Source: Oscillospiraceae bacterium (GTDB lineage Bacteria; Bacillota; Clostridia; Oscillospirales; Oscillospiraceae). From it: a stretch of 64,000 nucleotides of DNA. Below, one piece after another: positions 26,017 to 38,500 of the stretch. The position numbers and the translations under genes were made by a program. The stretch covers positions 7,435 through 71,434 of the forward strand of contig JAAWBZ010000083.1 of the NCBI GenBank assembly GCA_022792945.1. Reading direction: 5' to 3'. The notes below the pieces were generated by a model. That model saw only the letters and a program-made list of their open reading frames with translations. It was not told the DNA's origin and did no database searches. Numbering within the stretch: position 1 is the first letter of the stretch; every line of letters starts with the position of its first letter.

Positions 26017-27299
26017 TGGGACGTTCCGAGGACTTGTTCGCCCGGGCGCGGCGGGTGATCCCAGGCGGGGTCAACAGCCCGGTGCGGGCTTTCCGCGCCG
26101 TGGGCATGACGCCGCGGTTCATCGAAACGGCCCGGGGCAGCCATATGACCGACGCCGACGGGCGGGCGTATGTGGACTTCGTCGGCTCCTGGGGGCCGAT
26201 GGTGCTGGGGCACGCCCACCCGGCGGTGTACGAGGCGGTCTGCCGCGCGGCGGCGGAGGGCCTCAGCTTCGGCGCGGCCACGGAGCGGGAGGTGGAAATG
26301 GCTGAGCTGGTCTGTTCATTGGTGCCTTCTGTGGAGATGGTCCGTATGGTCAGCTCCGGCACCGAGGCGGTGATGAGCGCCCTCCGGGCTGCCCGGGGCT
26401 TCACCCGCCGGGACAAGATCGTCAAGTTCGACGGCTGCTACCACGGTCACAGCGACGGCCTCCTGGTCCAGGCCGGCTCCGGCGTGATGACGGCGGGCGT
26501 GCCGGACAGCGCCGGGGTGCCGGCAGGCTGGACCCGGGACACCCTCTGCGCCCGGTACAACGACCTGGAGAGCGTCCGCGCCCTGTTCGCGGCGTACCCG
26601 GAGGCCATCGCGGCGGTGATCGTGGAGCCGGTGGCGGCGAACATGGGCGTGGTGCCGCCGGAGCCGGGGTTTTTGGAGGGCCTGCGGGCGCTGTGCGACG
26701 AATACGGGAGCCTGCTGATCTTCGACGAGGTCATTACAGGCTTCCGCCTGGGCCTCTCCGGCGCGCAGGGGTATTGCGGCATCCGTCCGGACCTGACCAC
26801 CTTCGGCAAGATCATCGGCGGCGGCATGCCGGTGGGCGCCTACGGCGGACGCCGGGACGTGATGGAGCTGGTGGCGCCCCTGGGGCCGGTTTACCAGGCG
26901 GGGACGCTGAGCGGAAACCCCGTGGCCATGGCTGCGGGCCTGTGTCAGCTGGGGCTGCTGCGGGACGATCCGGATTTCTACGGGCGGCTGGAGGCGGTTT
27001 CCGGCGCCTTCTTCACCGAGCTGGAACGGCGGCTGCGGGCAGCGGGGAAGCCCTGGCGGGTAAACCATGTGGGCTCCCTGGGCAGCGTCTTTTTCACCGG
27101 CGAGCAGGTGCGGGACTACGCCTCGGCCAGGACGGCAGATACGGCGGTGTACGGCTCGTATGCGCGGTGGATGTTCGCTCATGGGATTTATGTTGCGCCG
27201 TCGCAGTTTGAGGCTATGTTTCTCTCGTCGGCGCACACGCCGGCGGACCTGGAGCAGGCACTGGACGCTCTGAGCGCCTGGCTGCGGGAAATCGCTTAA
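26016..27299 (+). CDS. hemL: Glutamate-1-semialdehyde 2,1-aminomutase
   Basis: IPGGVNSPVRAF, SGTEAVM, DEVITGFR and FGKIIGGG motifs. Confidence 0.97.
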   Translation: MGRSEDLFARARRVIPGGVNSPVRAFRAVGMTPRFIETARGSHMTDADGRAYVDFVGSWGPMVLGHAHPAVYEAVCRAAAEGLSFGAATEREVEMAELVCSLVPSVEMVRMVSSGTEAVMSALRAARGFTRRDKIVKFDGCYHGHSDGLLVQAGSGVMTAGVPDSAGVPAGWTRDTLCARYNDLESVRALFAAYPEAIAAVIVEPVAANMGVVPPEPGFLEGLRALCDEYGSLLIFDEVITGFRLGLSGAQGYCGIRPDLTTFGKIIGGGMPVGAYGGRRDVMELVAPLGPVYQAGTLSGNPVAMAAGLCQLGLLRDDPDFYGRLEAVSGAFFTELERRLRAAGKPWRVNHVGSLGSVFFTGEQVRDYASARTADTAVYGSYARWMFAHGIYVAPSQFEAMFLSSAHTPADLEQALDALSAWLREIA

Positions 27300-27369
27300 A
27301 AATTAGCCCTTTTTTCTGGGAAAAACAGGCGCATTTCGGGACTTTTTCGCGGCGGGACAAGCCGAAATC

Positions 27370-27409
27370 AAAAATCCGGAGGACCCTTTGCAGGGTCCTC
27401 CGGATTTTT
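27370..27409. terminator. Bidirectional intrinsic terminator between hemL and glnS
   Basis: AAAAATCCGGAGGACCCT-TTGC-AGGGTCCTCCGGATTTTT. Confidence 0.9.
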
Positions 27410-27450
27410 GGAGCTTTTGCGTCGGAAAGGGCGTCAAATATCTGTTTTTT

Positions 27451-29139
<1,689 letters not shown>

Positions 29140-29173
29140 AGTCTTGTTCCCCTCATATGGAATGGTTGCTATC

Positions 29174-29202
29174 ATTATATCCCAAAAGCCGCCGTTTCGC
29201 AA
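29174..29202 (-). promoter_or_regulatory. Sigma-A promoter for glnS
   Basis: Minus strand TTGCGA-17-TATAAT. Confidence 0.7.
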
Positions 29203-29320
29203 CAGGAAAGGCGGCAGGTTGTGAATAAAATGAAAACATCTGCCAAAAATTGAAATTCCCTCTTTTGAAACGGGGGGAATTATGATAGAATAGGCTGGAG
29301 AATAAAGGAGGAGGAACTGC

Positions 29321-30043
29321 ATGAGTGAGATCAAGTATCATCGTGTCCTGCTGAAGATCAGCGGCGAGGCCCTGGCGGGCGAGCAGCACCGGGGGCTGGA
29401 CTTTGACGTCATCGGCAGCGTCTGCGACGTCATCAAGAAGTGCATCGACGCCGGCGTCCAGGTGGGCGTTGTGGTGGGCGGCGGCAACTTCTGGCGGGGC
29501 ATCAAGGACGGCGGCGACCGCATGGAGCGTACCCGGGCCGACCAGATGGGCATGCTGGCCACCGTGATCAACTGCCTGGCTGTGGCAGACTGCCTGGAGC
29601 AGCGGGGCGTGCAGGTGCGGGTGCAGACGGCGGTGGAGATGAACAAGATCGCGGAGCCCTACGTCCGCGGCAAGGCCATCCGGCACCTGGAGAAGAGCCG
29701 CGTGGTGATTTTTGGCTGCGGTACCGGCAATCCCTTCTTTTCCACAGATACCGGCGCGGTGCTCCGGGCGGCGGAGATCAACGCGGACGTCATCCTGCTG
29801 GCCAAGAACATAGACGGCGTCTACAGCGCCGACCCCGTCAAGGATCCCAAGGCAGTGAAATACGATGTCATCACCTATGACGAGATGCTCGCCAAGCGCC
29901 TGATGGTTATGGATTCCACGGCCACGTCGCTGGCTATGGACAATCACATTCCCATTGTACTCTTCGCTCTGCGCGATCCGGAGAACATCTACCGGGTGAT
30001 CATGGGCGAGAAGATCGGCACAATTGTGAAGGAGGAAATTTAA
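29321..30043 (+). CDS. pyrH: UMP kinase
   Basis: [19 protein letters not shown] and [10 protein letters not shown] motifs. Confidence 0.97.
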   Translation: MSEIKYHRVLLKISGEALAGEQHRGLDFDVIGSVCDVIKKCIDAGVQVGVVVGGGNFWRGIKDGGDRMERTRADQMGMLATVINCLAVADCLEQRGVQVRVQTAVEMNKIAEPYVRGKAIRHLEKSRVVIFGCGTGNPFFSTDTGAVLRAAEINADVILLAKNIDGVYSADPVKDPKAVKYDVITYDEMLAKRLMVMDSTATSLAMDNHIPIVLFALRDPENIYRVIMGEKIGTIVKEEI

Positions 30044-30045
30044 AG

Positions 30046-30597
30046 ATGGCAGACTACAGTGATTTCAGCCGCAAAATGGACAAGACGCTGGAGGTTCTGA
30101 CGGCGGACTTCGGCGCGGTGCGCGCCGGGCGGGCCAATGCGCAGGTTTTGGACCGCATCACGGTGGAATACTACGGCGTGGACACGCCCATCGGACAGGT
30201 GGGCTCCATTTCCTCGCCGGACCCGCGGACGCTGGTGATCCAGCCCTGGGACGGCACACTGCTCAAGCCCATTCAAAAGGCCATCCAGACCTCGGACCTG
30301 GGCATCAACCCGCAGAACGACGGGCGTGTGATTCGTCTGGTATTCCCGCAGCTGACTGAGGACCGCCGGCGGGAGCTGAGCAAGCAGGTGAAGAAATACG
30401 GCGAAGAGTCCAAGGTGGCCATCCGTAATGTCCGCCGCGACGCCATGGAGACCTTCAAGGCCGAGAAGAAGCGCAGCGAGATCACCGAGGACGACCTCAA
30501 AAAGTGCGAGAAGGATCTTCAGGAGATGACCGACAAGTATATCAAGAAGATCGATGAGATGTGCGCCAGGAAGGAAAAGGAACTGATGGAGCTGTGA
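30046..30597 (+). CDS. frr: Ribosome recycling factor
   Basis: RAGRAN, DLGINPQNDG and KVAIRNVRRD motifs. Confidence 0.97.
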   Translation: MADYSDFSRKMDKTLEVLTADFGAVRAGRANAQVLDRITVEYYGVDTPIGQVGSISSPDPRTLVIQPWDGTLLKPIQKAIQTSDLGINPQNDGRVIRLVFPQLTEDRRRELSKQVKKYGEESKVAIRNVRRDAMETFKAEKKRSEITEDDLKKCEKDLQEMTDKYIKKIDEMCARKEKELMEL

Positions 30598-30678
30598 GTG
30601 CTCTGGGGTAGGGGAGCGCCTGGGGACCCCTTAGCAGGGTCCCACAGCCCCCGTCTGACTTTTGGGAACGATTTGGGG

Positions 30679-30754
30679 AATTTCGCCGTCTGCGGACGGT
30701 GACCAGAGGCGCTGCCTCCGGACTCTGCGGCCTTTGAAAAGGCCGGCGAAACTA
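30679..30754. repeat. REP/MITE-like palindromic repeat, copy 1
   Basis: Terminal inverted repeat TTTCGCCG...CGGCGAAA enclosing three hairpins; core GGCGCTGCC...GCCTTTGAAAAGGCCGGCGAAACT recurs at 42597-42650. Confidence 0.7.
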
Positions 30755-30756
30755 TT

Positions 30757-31497
30757 ATGGGCTTATTCAACAAAAAGACGACTGAAAAAACGCGGCCGGT
30801 GCCGCGTCATGTGGGCATCATTCTCGACGGCAACGGGCGCTGGGCGCAAAGGCGCGGCCTTCCCCGCACCGCCGGCCACGCCGCCGGCAGCGAGAATTTC
30901 CGGCGGATCGCCACCTATTGCCGCGATATCGGGATGGATTATCTCACGGTTTACGCCTTCTCCACCGAGAACTGGAAGCGCTCGGAGGAGGAGATCGGCG
31001 CGATTTTGGGGCTGCTGAAGAAGTACCTTCTCGAGGCGCTGGAGAAGATGGAGCGCGACCGCATCCGTCTGCGGTTCCTGGGCGACCTCTCCCGCCTGCC
31101 CGGGGAATTGCAGGAGCTGGCGGCCAGGACCGGGGAGACCTCCGCGCGCTATCGGGGCTTCCAGGCCAACGTCTGCCTCAACTACGGCGGGCGGGACGAT
31201 ATTGTCCGCGCTGCCCGGGCCTTTGCGGCTCAGTGCGCGGCGGGGGAGCGGGACCCGGCCTCCCTGACGGAGGCGGCGTTTTCCGATCTGCTCTATTCCG
31301 CGGGCCTGCCCGATCCAGACCTGATTATCCGCACCAGCGGGGAGCTGCGCCTGTCCAATTTCCTGCTCTGGCAGGCGGCGTACAGTGAGTTTTATGTGAC
31401 CGATACCCTCTGGCCCGACTTCACGCCGGAGGAATTGGAGAGGGCCATTGCCGATTTCAACGGCCGGTCGCGCCGTTTCGGAGGGGTGAAGCCGTGA
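30757..31497 (+). CDS. uppS: Undecaprenyl diphosphate synthase
   Basis: HVGIILDGNGRWA, YAFSTENWKR and RTSGELRLSNFLLWQ motifs. Confidence 0.96.
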   Translation: MGLFNKKTTEKTRPVPRHVGIILDGNGRWAQRRGLPRTAGHAAGSENFRRIATYCRDIGMDYLTVYAFSTENWKRSEEEIGAILGLLKKYLLEALEKMERDRIRLRFLGDLSRLPGELQELAARTGETSARYRGFQANVCLNYGGRDDIVRAARAFAAQCAAGERDPASLTEAAFSDLLYSAGLPDPDLIIRTSGELRLSNFLLWQAAYSEFYVTDTLWPDFTPEELERAIADFNGRSRRFGGVKP

Positions 31498-32306
31498 AAA
31501 CGAGAGTGATCGTGGCGGTGGCGCTGTTGCCGGTGCTGCTGGCCATTGTGCTGGGCCTGCCGCCTGTCTGGACGGCGGTGCTGGTGGCGGCCATGAGTGT
31601 GATTGCCGTGTGGGAGCTGCTCCATGAGACAGGTCTTGCGCCTCAGCCGCGGCTGGTGGCCTATTCCATGGTCATGGCGGCGGGTGTGAGCTTGTGGAGC
31701 TATTTTGGCTGTCCGCCGCTGTGGGCGTTCTGCGCGCTGCTGGTCTATTTTCTGCTGTTGTTTGGCGAGCTGCTGGCGGCTCATGCAAAGCTGGCGTTTT
31801 CGGCCCTCGGCGTCTGTGCCTTTGGCGCGCTGGTGGTGCCGGGGTGCCTCTCGGCACTGGTGCGAATTCTGCGGATGGAGTATGGAAAATTTTATATCAT
31901 GACGACCTTTATCCTGGCCTTCACGGCTGATTCCGGCGCGTATTTCGCGGGCCGCGCCTGGGGACGGCACAAGCTGGCCCCGGTGATCAGCCCCAAAAAA
32001 ACCGTGGAGGGAGCCGCTGGCGGCGTCCTCAGCGTCATTTTATTTATGGTTTTGTACGGCGTGATCGTGCAGAATTGTTTCGGTCTGCCCTTCCGGTACG
32101 GTCGTGCGGTGCTCTACGCCGTTTTGGGTTCTGCCGGCTCCATTGTGGGCGATTTGACCTTCTCGGTGGTCAAGCGGCAGGCGGGCATCAAGGACTACGG
32201 AAAGCTGCTGCCGGGTCACGGCGGCATCCTGGATCGGTTTGACAGCATGGTGGTGGCGGCGCCTTTGACCGAGGCACTGGTGCTGCTGTTGCCGCTGATT
32301 GCGTAA
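31494..32306 (+). CDS. cdsA: Phosphatidate cytidylyltransferase
   Basis: ISPKKTVEG and KRQAGIKDYGKLLPGHGGILDRFDS motifs. Confidence 0.95.
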   Translation: MKTRVIVAVALLPVLLAIVLGLPPVWTAVLVAAMSVIAVWELLHETGLAPQPRLVAYSMVMAAGVSLWSYFGCPPLWAFCALLVYFLLLFGELLAAHAKLAFSALGVCAFGALVVPGCLSALVRILRMEYGKFYIMTTFILAFTADSGAYFAGRAWGRHKLAPVISPKKTVEGAAGGVLSVILFMVLYGVIVQNCFGLPFRYGRAVLYAVLGSAGSIVGDLTFSVVKRQAGIKDYGKLLPGHGGILDRFDSMVVAAPLTEALVLLLPLIA

Positions 32307-32319
32307 AAGAGAGAGCGAT

Positions 32320-33465
32320 ATGACAAAGAATCTGACGATCCTGGGCAGCACCGGCTCCATAGGCCGGCAGACCCTGGATGTGGTTGCCCAGCTGGGTATT
32401 CGGACAGCGGCGCTGGCCGCCGGAGAGAATACGGAGATGATGGAGGCACAGTGCCGCAGGTTCCGCCCGCGTCTGGCGGTGATGGCCAGCGAGGCGGCGG
32501 CGGCGGACCTGCGCGTCCGCATTGCCGATCTGGACGTCCGCGTGGAGAGCGGTCCGGAGGGGCTGGTGGAGGCGGCGTCTCTGGCGGAGGCCGACACGGT
32601 GCTGGTGGCGGTGGTGGGCCTGGCGGCCCTGCGCCCGGCCCTGTCGGCCATCCGGCAGGGTAAGCGCGTCGCCATGGCCAACAAGGAGGCCCTGGTCTGC
32701 GGCGGCGAGCTGGTCATGGCTGAGGCGCGCCGGTGCGGCGCAGAGCTGATCCCGGTGGACTCGGAGCACTCGGCCATTTTCCAGTGTCTCCGGGGTGCGG
32801 CGGACCGCGGCGAGGTGCGCCGGCTGATCCTGACGGCCTCCGGCGGGCCTTTTTTTGGCATGAAACCGGAAAAGCTGCGTACAGTAACAAAGAACGAGGC
32901 GCTGCGCCATCCTAACTGGCGCATGGGCCCGAAGATCACGGTGGACTGCGCCACTATGATGAACAAGGGCCTGGAGGTCATAGAGGCCATGCGCCTCTAT
33001 GACCGCCCGCTGGCCCAGGTGGACGTGGTGGTCCACCGGCAGAGCGTGGTTCATTCCATGGTGGAGTTCTGCGACGGCGCGGTGCTGGCGCAGCTGGGCG
33101 CGCCGGACATGCGCGTGCCCATCCAACTGGCCCTGACCTACCCGGAGCGGCGGGAGAGCCCGGCGGCGGACCTGGACCTGCTGCGCTGCGGCCCGCTGAC
33201 CTTCGAGCCCCCGGACGAGGCGGCGTTTCCGTGCCTGGCCCTGGCTAGACGGGCGGCGGCGCTGGGCGGGACGGCCTGCGCGGCGCTCAACGGGGCCAAC
33301 GAGGCGGCGGTGTCCCTCTTTTTGCAGGACCGCCTGGGCTTTTACGGCATTTCCGATGCGGTGGCGCGCGCCCTCTCGGAGGCGAGGGTCATTGCCGCGC
33401 CGACCCTGGAGGAGATCCAGGAGGCCGACTGTGCCGCCAGGGCGTCTGTCTACTCTCATCTGTGA
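32320..33465 (+). CDS. dxr: 1-deoxy-D-xylulose-5-phosphate reductoisomerase
   Basis: ILGSTGSIG, ANKEALV, PVDSEHSAIFQ and HPNWRMGPKIT motifs. Confidence 0.97.
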   Translation: MTKNLTILGSTGSIGRQTLDVVAQLGIRTAALAAGENTEMMEAQCRRFRPRLAVMASEAAAADLRVRIADLDVRVESGPEGLVEAASLAEADTVLVAVVGLAALRPALSAIRQGKRVAMANKEALVCGGELVMAEARRCGAELIPVDSEHSAIFQCLRGAADRGEVRRLILTASGGPFFGMKPEKLRTVTKNEALRHPNWRMGPKITVDCATMMNKGLEVIEAMRLYDRPLAQVDVVVHRQSVVHSMVEFCDGAVLAQLGAPDMRVPIQLALTYPERRESPAADLDLLRCGPLTFEPPDEAAFPCLALARRAAALGGTACAALNGANEAAVSLFLQDRLGFYGISDAVARALSEARVIAAPTLEEIQEADCAARASVYSHL

Positions 33466-33474
33466 GGTTTTGGG

Positions 33475-34545
33475 ATGTATTATATCATTTTAGCGATTTT
33501 GATCTTCGGCTTTCTCATCATCATCCACGAGCTGGGCCATTTTATTGCGGCCAAGCGGCTGGGGGTGCAGGTGAACGAGTTCGCGGTGGGCATGGGCCCG
33601 GTGCTCCTCCAGCGCAAGCGCGGCGAGACGGCCTACTCCCTCCGTGCCCTGCCCGTTGGCGGCTTCTGCGCCATGGAGGGCGAGGATGAGGAGCTGGACA
33701 ATCCCCGGGCTTTCAATTCGGTGGCTTGGTGGCGGCGGCTCATCATCCTGGCGGCGGGGTCGCTGATGAATCTTTTGGCGGGGTTTTTGATCGTCCTCAT
33801 TCTGCTGGCGCCCAGCGCGGGCTTCCTCACAGCGGAGATCACCGGCTTTTTTGACGGCGGCGGTCTGGAAGCCCAGGGGCTTGAGAAGGGCGACGTGCTC
33901 TATAAGATTGACGGTGAGCGCGTGTATATCTATCAGGACGTGAGCCTGCTTCTTAGCCGCGGCGAGAGTTATTTTCACGAGCTCACCGTCCTGCGGGACG
34001 GAAAAAAGGTGGACCTGGGGTCCGTCAACATGACGCCGTTCCCCTATGAGGAAAACGGCGGGACTACCGAGAAGGTCGGCCTGAACTTCGGCGCTGTAGA
34101 GGAAAAGACGGCGGCGTCGCTGCTGAAAAACAGCTTCTACAACAGCGTGGATTTTGCCCGAATGGTCCGCATGGGCCTGCAGGATCTGCTGTCCGGCAAG
34201 GTGGGCGTCCGGGATATGTCTGGCATGGTGGGCATTGTGAAGGTGGTCAAGGACAGCGGCGAGGAGGCTGAGGCCCAGGGCGGCGTGGCCGCGGGTGTGA
34301 GTCAGGCGCTCTACCTGGGCGCGTTTATCGCCATCAACTTAGGCATCATGAACCTCCTGCCCATCCCGGCGCTGGACGGCGGGCGGATTTTGTGCCTGTT
34401 TCTCACCATGGCGGCGGAGAAAATCCTGCGCCGCCGCATAGACCCCAAGTACGAGGGCTACCTCCACGCCGCGGGCATGGTGCTGCTGCTGGGGCTGATG
34501 GCGGTGGTGACGTTCTCGGACGTCTTTAAGCTGTTTGGGAAGTGA
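33475..34545 (+). CDS. rseP: RIP metalloprotease RseP/RasP
   Basis: HELGH, PDZ-like middle region, NLLPIPALDGG. Confidence 0.92.
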   Translation: MYYIILAILIFGFLIIIHELGHFIAAKRLGVQVNEFAVGMGPVLLQRKRGETAYSLRALPVGGFCAMEGEDEELDNPRAFNSVAWWRRLIILAAGSLMNLLAGFLIVLILLAPSAGFLTAEITGFFDGGGLEAQGLEKGDVLYKIDGERVYIYQDVSLLLSRGESYFHELTVLRDGKKVDLGSVNMTPFPYEENGGTTEKVGLNFGAVEEKTAASLLKNSFYNSVDFARMVRMGLQDLLSGKVGVRDMSGMVGIVKVVKDSGEEAEAQGGVAAGVSQALYLGAFIAINLGIMNLLPIPALDGGRILCLFLTMAAEKILRRRIDPKYEGYLHAAGMVLLLGLMAVVTFSDVFKLFGK

Positions 34546-34550
34546 TACCG

Positions 34551-35588
34551 ATGACAAGGCAGATTCAAGTGGGCGGCGTGAGCGTGGGCGGCGGCGCGCC
34601 GGTGTCCATCCAGTCCATGCTCAATACGAAAACCACCGATGTGGAGGGTTCCCTGGCGCAGCTGCGCGCCTTGGCCGCGGCGGGGTGCGAAATTGCACGG
34701 CTGGCGGTGCCGGACATGGCTGCGGCGGAGAGCTTTGCGGCCATCGCGGCCCAATCGCCGCTGCCGCTGGTGGCGGACATCCACTTTGACTACCGCCTGG
34801 CTATTGCCGCTGCCAGGGGCGGCGCGGCCAAGATCCGCATCAACCCCGGCAACATCGGCGGACCTGACAGGGTCTGCGCGGTGGTGGACGCCTGCGGCGT
34901 GCGGGGCATTCCCATCCGCATCGGCGTCAACGGCGGGAGCCTGGACAAGGCCCTGCTTCAGAAATACGGCCGCCCCACCGCCGAGGCTTTGGTGGAGAGC
35001 GCCTTCTCCCACATCCGCCTGCTGGAGGACTGCGGCTTTTCCGACATCTGCGTGTCCATGAAGTCCTCCAGCGTACCGACGATGATGGCCGCATACCGCC
35101 TGTTCCATGAGCGCTCGGACTACCCCCTTCATTTGGGTGTCACTGAGACGGGGACGGCGTACATGGGCACCGTCAAGTCGGCTATGGGCATCGGAGGGCT
35201 TTTGTGCATGGGCATCGGCGACACTATCCGTGTGTCCCTCACCGACCGGCCCGAGGAGGAGGTCCGTGCGGCCAAGGCTATTTTGCAGGCGGCGGGCCTG
35301 CGGCAGTCGGGGGTGAACATCATCTCCTGTCCCACCTGCGGCCGGACCCGCATCGACCTGATCGGCCTGGCCAAGCAGGTGGAGGAGGCCCTGCGGGACT
35401 GCCGGAAGCCCATCACCGTGGCGGTCATGGGCTGCGTGGTCAACGGCCCCGGTGAGGCCCGGGAGGCCGACGTGGGCATCGCCGGCGGCGAGGACTGCGG
35501 CTTTTTATTCGTCAAGGGGGAGAAGCGGGAGCGGCTGCCCTACGACCAGCTGCTTCCGGCCCTGCTATCCTACATAGAGACGCTTTGA
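34551..35588 (+). CDS. ispG: (E)-4-hydroxy-3-methylbut-2-enyl-diphosphate synthase
   Basis: ADIHF, RINPGN, CPTCGR and MGCVVNGPGE motifs. Alternative GTG start at 34542. Confidence 0.96.
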   Translation: MTRQIQVGGVSVGGGAPVSIQSMLNTKTTDVEGSLAQLRALAAAGCEIARLAVPDMAAAESFAAIAAQSPLPLVADIHFDYRLAIAAARGGAAKIRINPGNIGGPDRVCAVVDACGVRGIPIRIGVNGGSLDKALLQKYGRPTAEALVESAFSHIRLLEDCGFSDICVSMKSSSVPTMMAAYRLFHERSDYPLHLGVTETGTAYMGTVKSAMGIGGLLCMGIGDTIRVSLTDRPEEEVRAAKAILQAAGLRQSGVNIISCPTCGRTRIDLIGLAKQVEEALRDCRKPITVAVMGCVVNGPGEAREADVGIAGGEDCGFLFVKGEKRERLPYDQLLPALLSYIETL

Positions 35589-35589
35589 C

Positions 35590-38500
35590 ATGGAAAAAAC
35601 AGTAAAATTTCAAGAGATGTTCCGGGGCTTTGAGCCACCGGAGCCGCTGCGGCCTGCCCTGGGGCGGGCCGTGGTCTCCCACGCCCGGATCGACACCGAG
35701 GCGCGGCGCATCGCCGTCTCCCTCTGGTCGGAGTCGTATCTGCCCCGGCGTGCTCTGCTGGAGGCCGAACAGGCCCTGGCGCGGCGCTACGGTGTGCGGC
35801 GGGTGGAGCTGGACCCGGCGTATCCGGGGGAGCTGCTGGGGGAGATGGACTTCAGGGACCTCACCCAGGTGCTGGTCCGGGCGTATCCCATGGCCTCCTC
35901 CATCCTGGCGGGGGCCCAGTGGCGCCTGGAGGGGGACACCATCCACATCCAGCTGCGGGTCAACGGTAAGGACGCACTGGCGCCCCATCTGCCGGCGGCG
36001 GCGGCGTATGTGCGGGACCACTTTGGGCGGCAGGTGCGCTTCCAGGTGGCTACGGGCGCTGTCCCCGACGACGCCGACCTCTTTGCTGAGACCGCCCGTA
36101 TCCGGGAGGAGGCGCTCTCGCACCTGCCCCAGCCGTCCGCCCCGGCGGCAGAGAAGCGCCCGGGCCGGCCTGCGGTGATGATCGAACCGCCGGCGGACCT
36201 TATCTACGGCAAGCCCTTCCGGGGCGAGGCCACGCCCATGGCCGACCTGAATCTGGACATGTTCCGGGTGATCGTGGCGGGCAAGGTGTTCGCGGTGAAC
36301 CATCGGGAGCTAAAAAAGCGCAACGCCTGGGTCATCTCCTTTGATATGACCGACAACACCAGCTCCGTACGGGTCAGCCAGTTCATGGAGAGCGCCAAGG
36401 CCAAGCCCATCCTGGAGCGCATCGCCAAGCCCGGCGCGTTCCTGCGCGTACAGGGCAAGATGAACTTCGACCGCTATGACAACGAGATGGTCCTCCAGCC
36501 CCAGGCCATCATGGCCGGCGAGGCCCCGGCGCGCCGGGATACCGCCCCGGGGGACAAGCGGGTGGAGCTGCATCTGCACACCTCCATGTCCTCCATGGAC
36601 GGACTTACCTCCACCGGCGCGGCGGTGGCCTTGGCCGCCAAGTGGGGCCACCGGGCCGTGGCCATCACCGACCACGGCGTCTTGCAGTCCTACCCCGACG
36701 CCATGAAGGCCGCCTCCAAGGCAAAGGTGGCCGGGACGAACGAAAATATCAAGATCCTCTACGGCGTCGAGGCATATTTTGTCAACGACGTGGACGACCG
36801 CGTGGTGGTCCACGGTCCGCAAAATGCCCCGCTGACCGGGGAGTATGTGGCCTTCGACCTGGAGACCACGGGCCTGTCCCACCGCACCGAGACCATCATT
36901 GAGATTGGCGCGGCCATCTGCCGGGACGGGGAGATCCTGGAGAAATTCCAGACCTTTGTGGACCCTCAGCGGCCTCTGAGCCAGCAGATCATCGATCTCA
37001 CCGGCATCACTGACCAGATGCTTCGCGGCGCGCCCGCCATCGACGAGGCGCTGCCGAAATTTCTGGCCTTCTGCGGCGACCGTCCGCTGGCGGCGCACAA
37101 CGCCGACTTTGACATGGGGTTCATCCTGGCCGCGTGCCGGCGGCTGGGCATCGACTACGCGCCCACCTCGGTGGACACCCTGATCCTGGCGCAGAACCTG
37201 CTGCCGAGTCTGGGCAAGTACAAGCTGAACCTGGTGGCTGACGCGCTGGAGCTGCCGCCGTTTAACCACCACCGGGCTGTGGACGACGCCATGACTGTGG
37301 CCTATATGCTGGAAAAATTCTTCCGGATGCTCCGGGACCGGGGCGTGGAGGACCTGCGGGCCGTCAACCCGCTGATGGAGCCCCTCCGCGCCGGGGCCAA
37401 GCTGGACGGGAGGAACAGCCGCCATATGATCCTCTTCGCCAAGAACCAGCTGGGTCTGCGGAACCTCTACCGCCTGGTCTCCGACGCGCATTTGAAGTAT
37501 TTCAAGCGCACGCCGCGGATCCCCAAGTCGGAGCTGGTAAAGTGGCGCGAGGGCCTGATCGTCGGTTCTGCCTGCGAGGCCGGCGAGCTGTTCCAGGCCA
37601 TTGTGGCCGGCAAGAGCCACGAGGAGCTGCTGCGCATCGCCTCCTTCTACGACTTCCTCGAGGTCCAGCCCCTGGCCAACAACCGTTTCATGCTGGAAAA
37701 GGGCCTGGCGGCGGACGAGGAGGAACTGCGGGACTTCAACCGCACGGTGGTGCAGCTGGGCCGGGAGCTGGGCAAGCTGGTGGTAGCCACCGGCGACGTC
37801 CACTTCTTAAACCCCGAGGACGAGATCTTCCGCCGCCTGCTGCTGGCTTCCAAGGGCTTCGAGGACTGCGACCGGGAGCTGCCGCTCTATCTCCGGACCA
37901 CGGACGAGATGCTGGAGGAGTTTTCCTACCTGGGCGCGGAGACCGCCCGGGAGATCGTGGTGGAAAATCCCAACAGGATCGCCGATATGTGCGAGCTGCT
38001 GCGCCCGGTGCCCCACAATCTCTTCGCCCCCGCCATCGAAAACTCGGTGGAGGACCTGAAATCACTGGTCTACGGCAAGCTCCACCGCCTCTACGGCAAG
38101 CACCCGCCCCAGCTGGTCACGGACCGGGTGGAGACGGAGCTGCACGATATCATCTCCTGCCATTACGATGTCATTTACATGTCCGCTCAGAAGCTGGTGC
38201 AGAACTCCCTGGAGCACGGCTACCTGGTGGGCTCGAGAGGCTCCGTCGGCTCGTCCATTGTGGCGTTTCTCTCCGGCATTACCGAGGTCAACTCCTTTCC
38301 GCCCCACTACCGCTGTCCTCAGTGCAAATACTGCACCTTCGACGTGCCCAGGGAGGCCGCCTGCGGTGCGGATCTGCCTGACGCCAAGTGCCCCGAGTGC
38401 GGTGCGGACCTGGATAAGGACGGCTTCAACATCCCCTTTGAGACGTTTTTGGGCTTTGGCGGCGACAAGGTGCCGGATATCGACCTGAACTTCTCCGGCG

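Noticed and set aside
29140-29320. T-box leader for glnS
   Set aside because: The promoter is ~35 nt from the start codon and there is no T-box motif or terminator.
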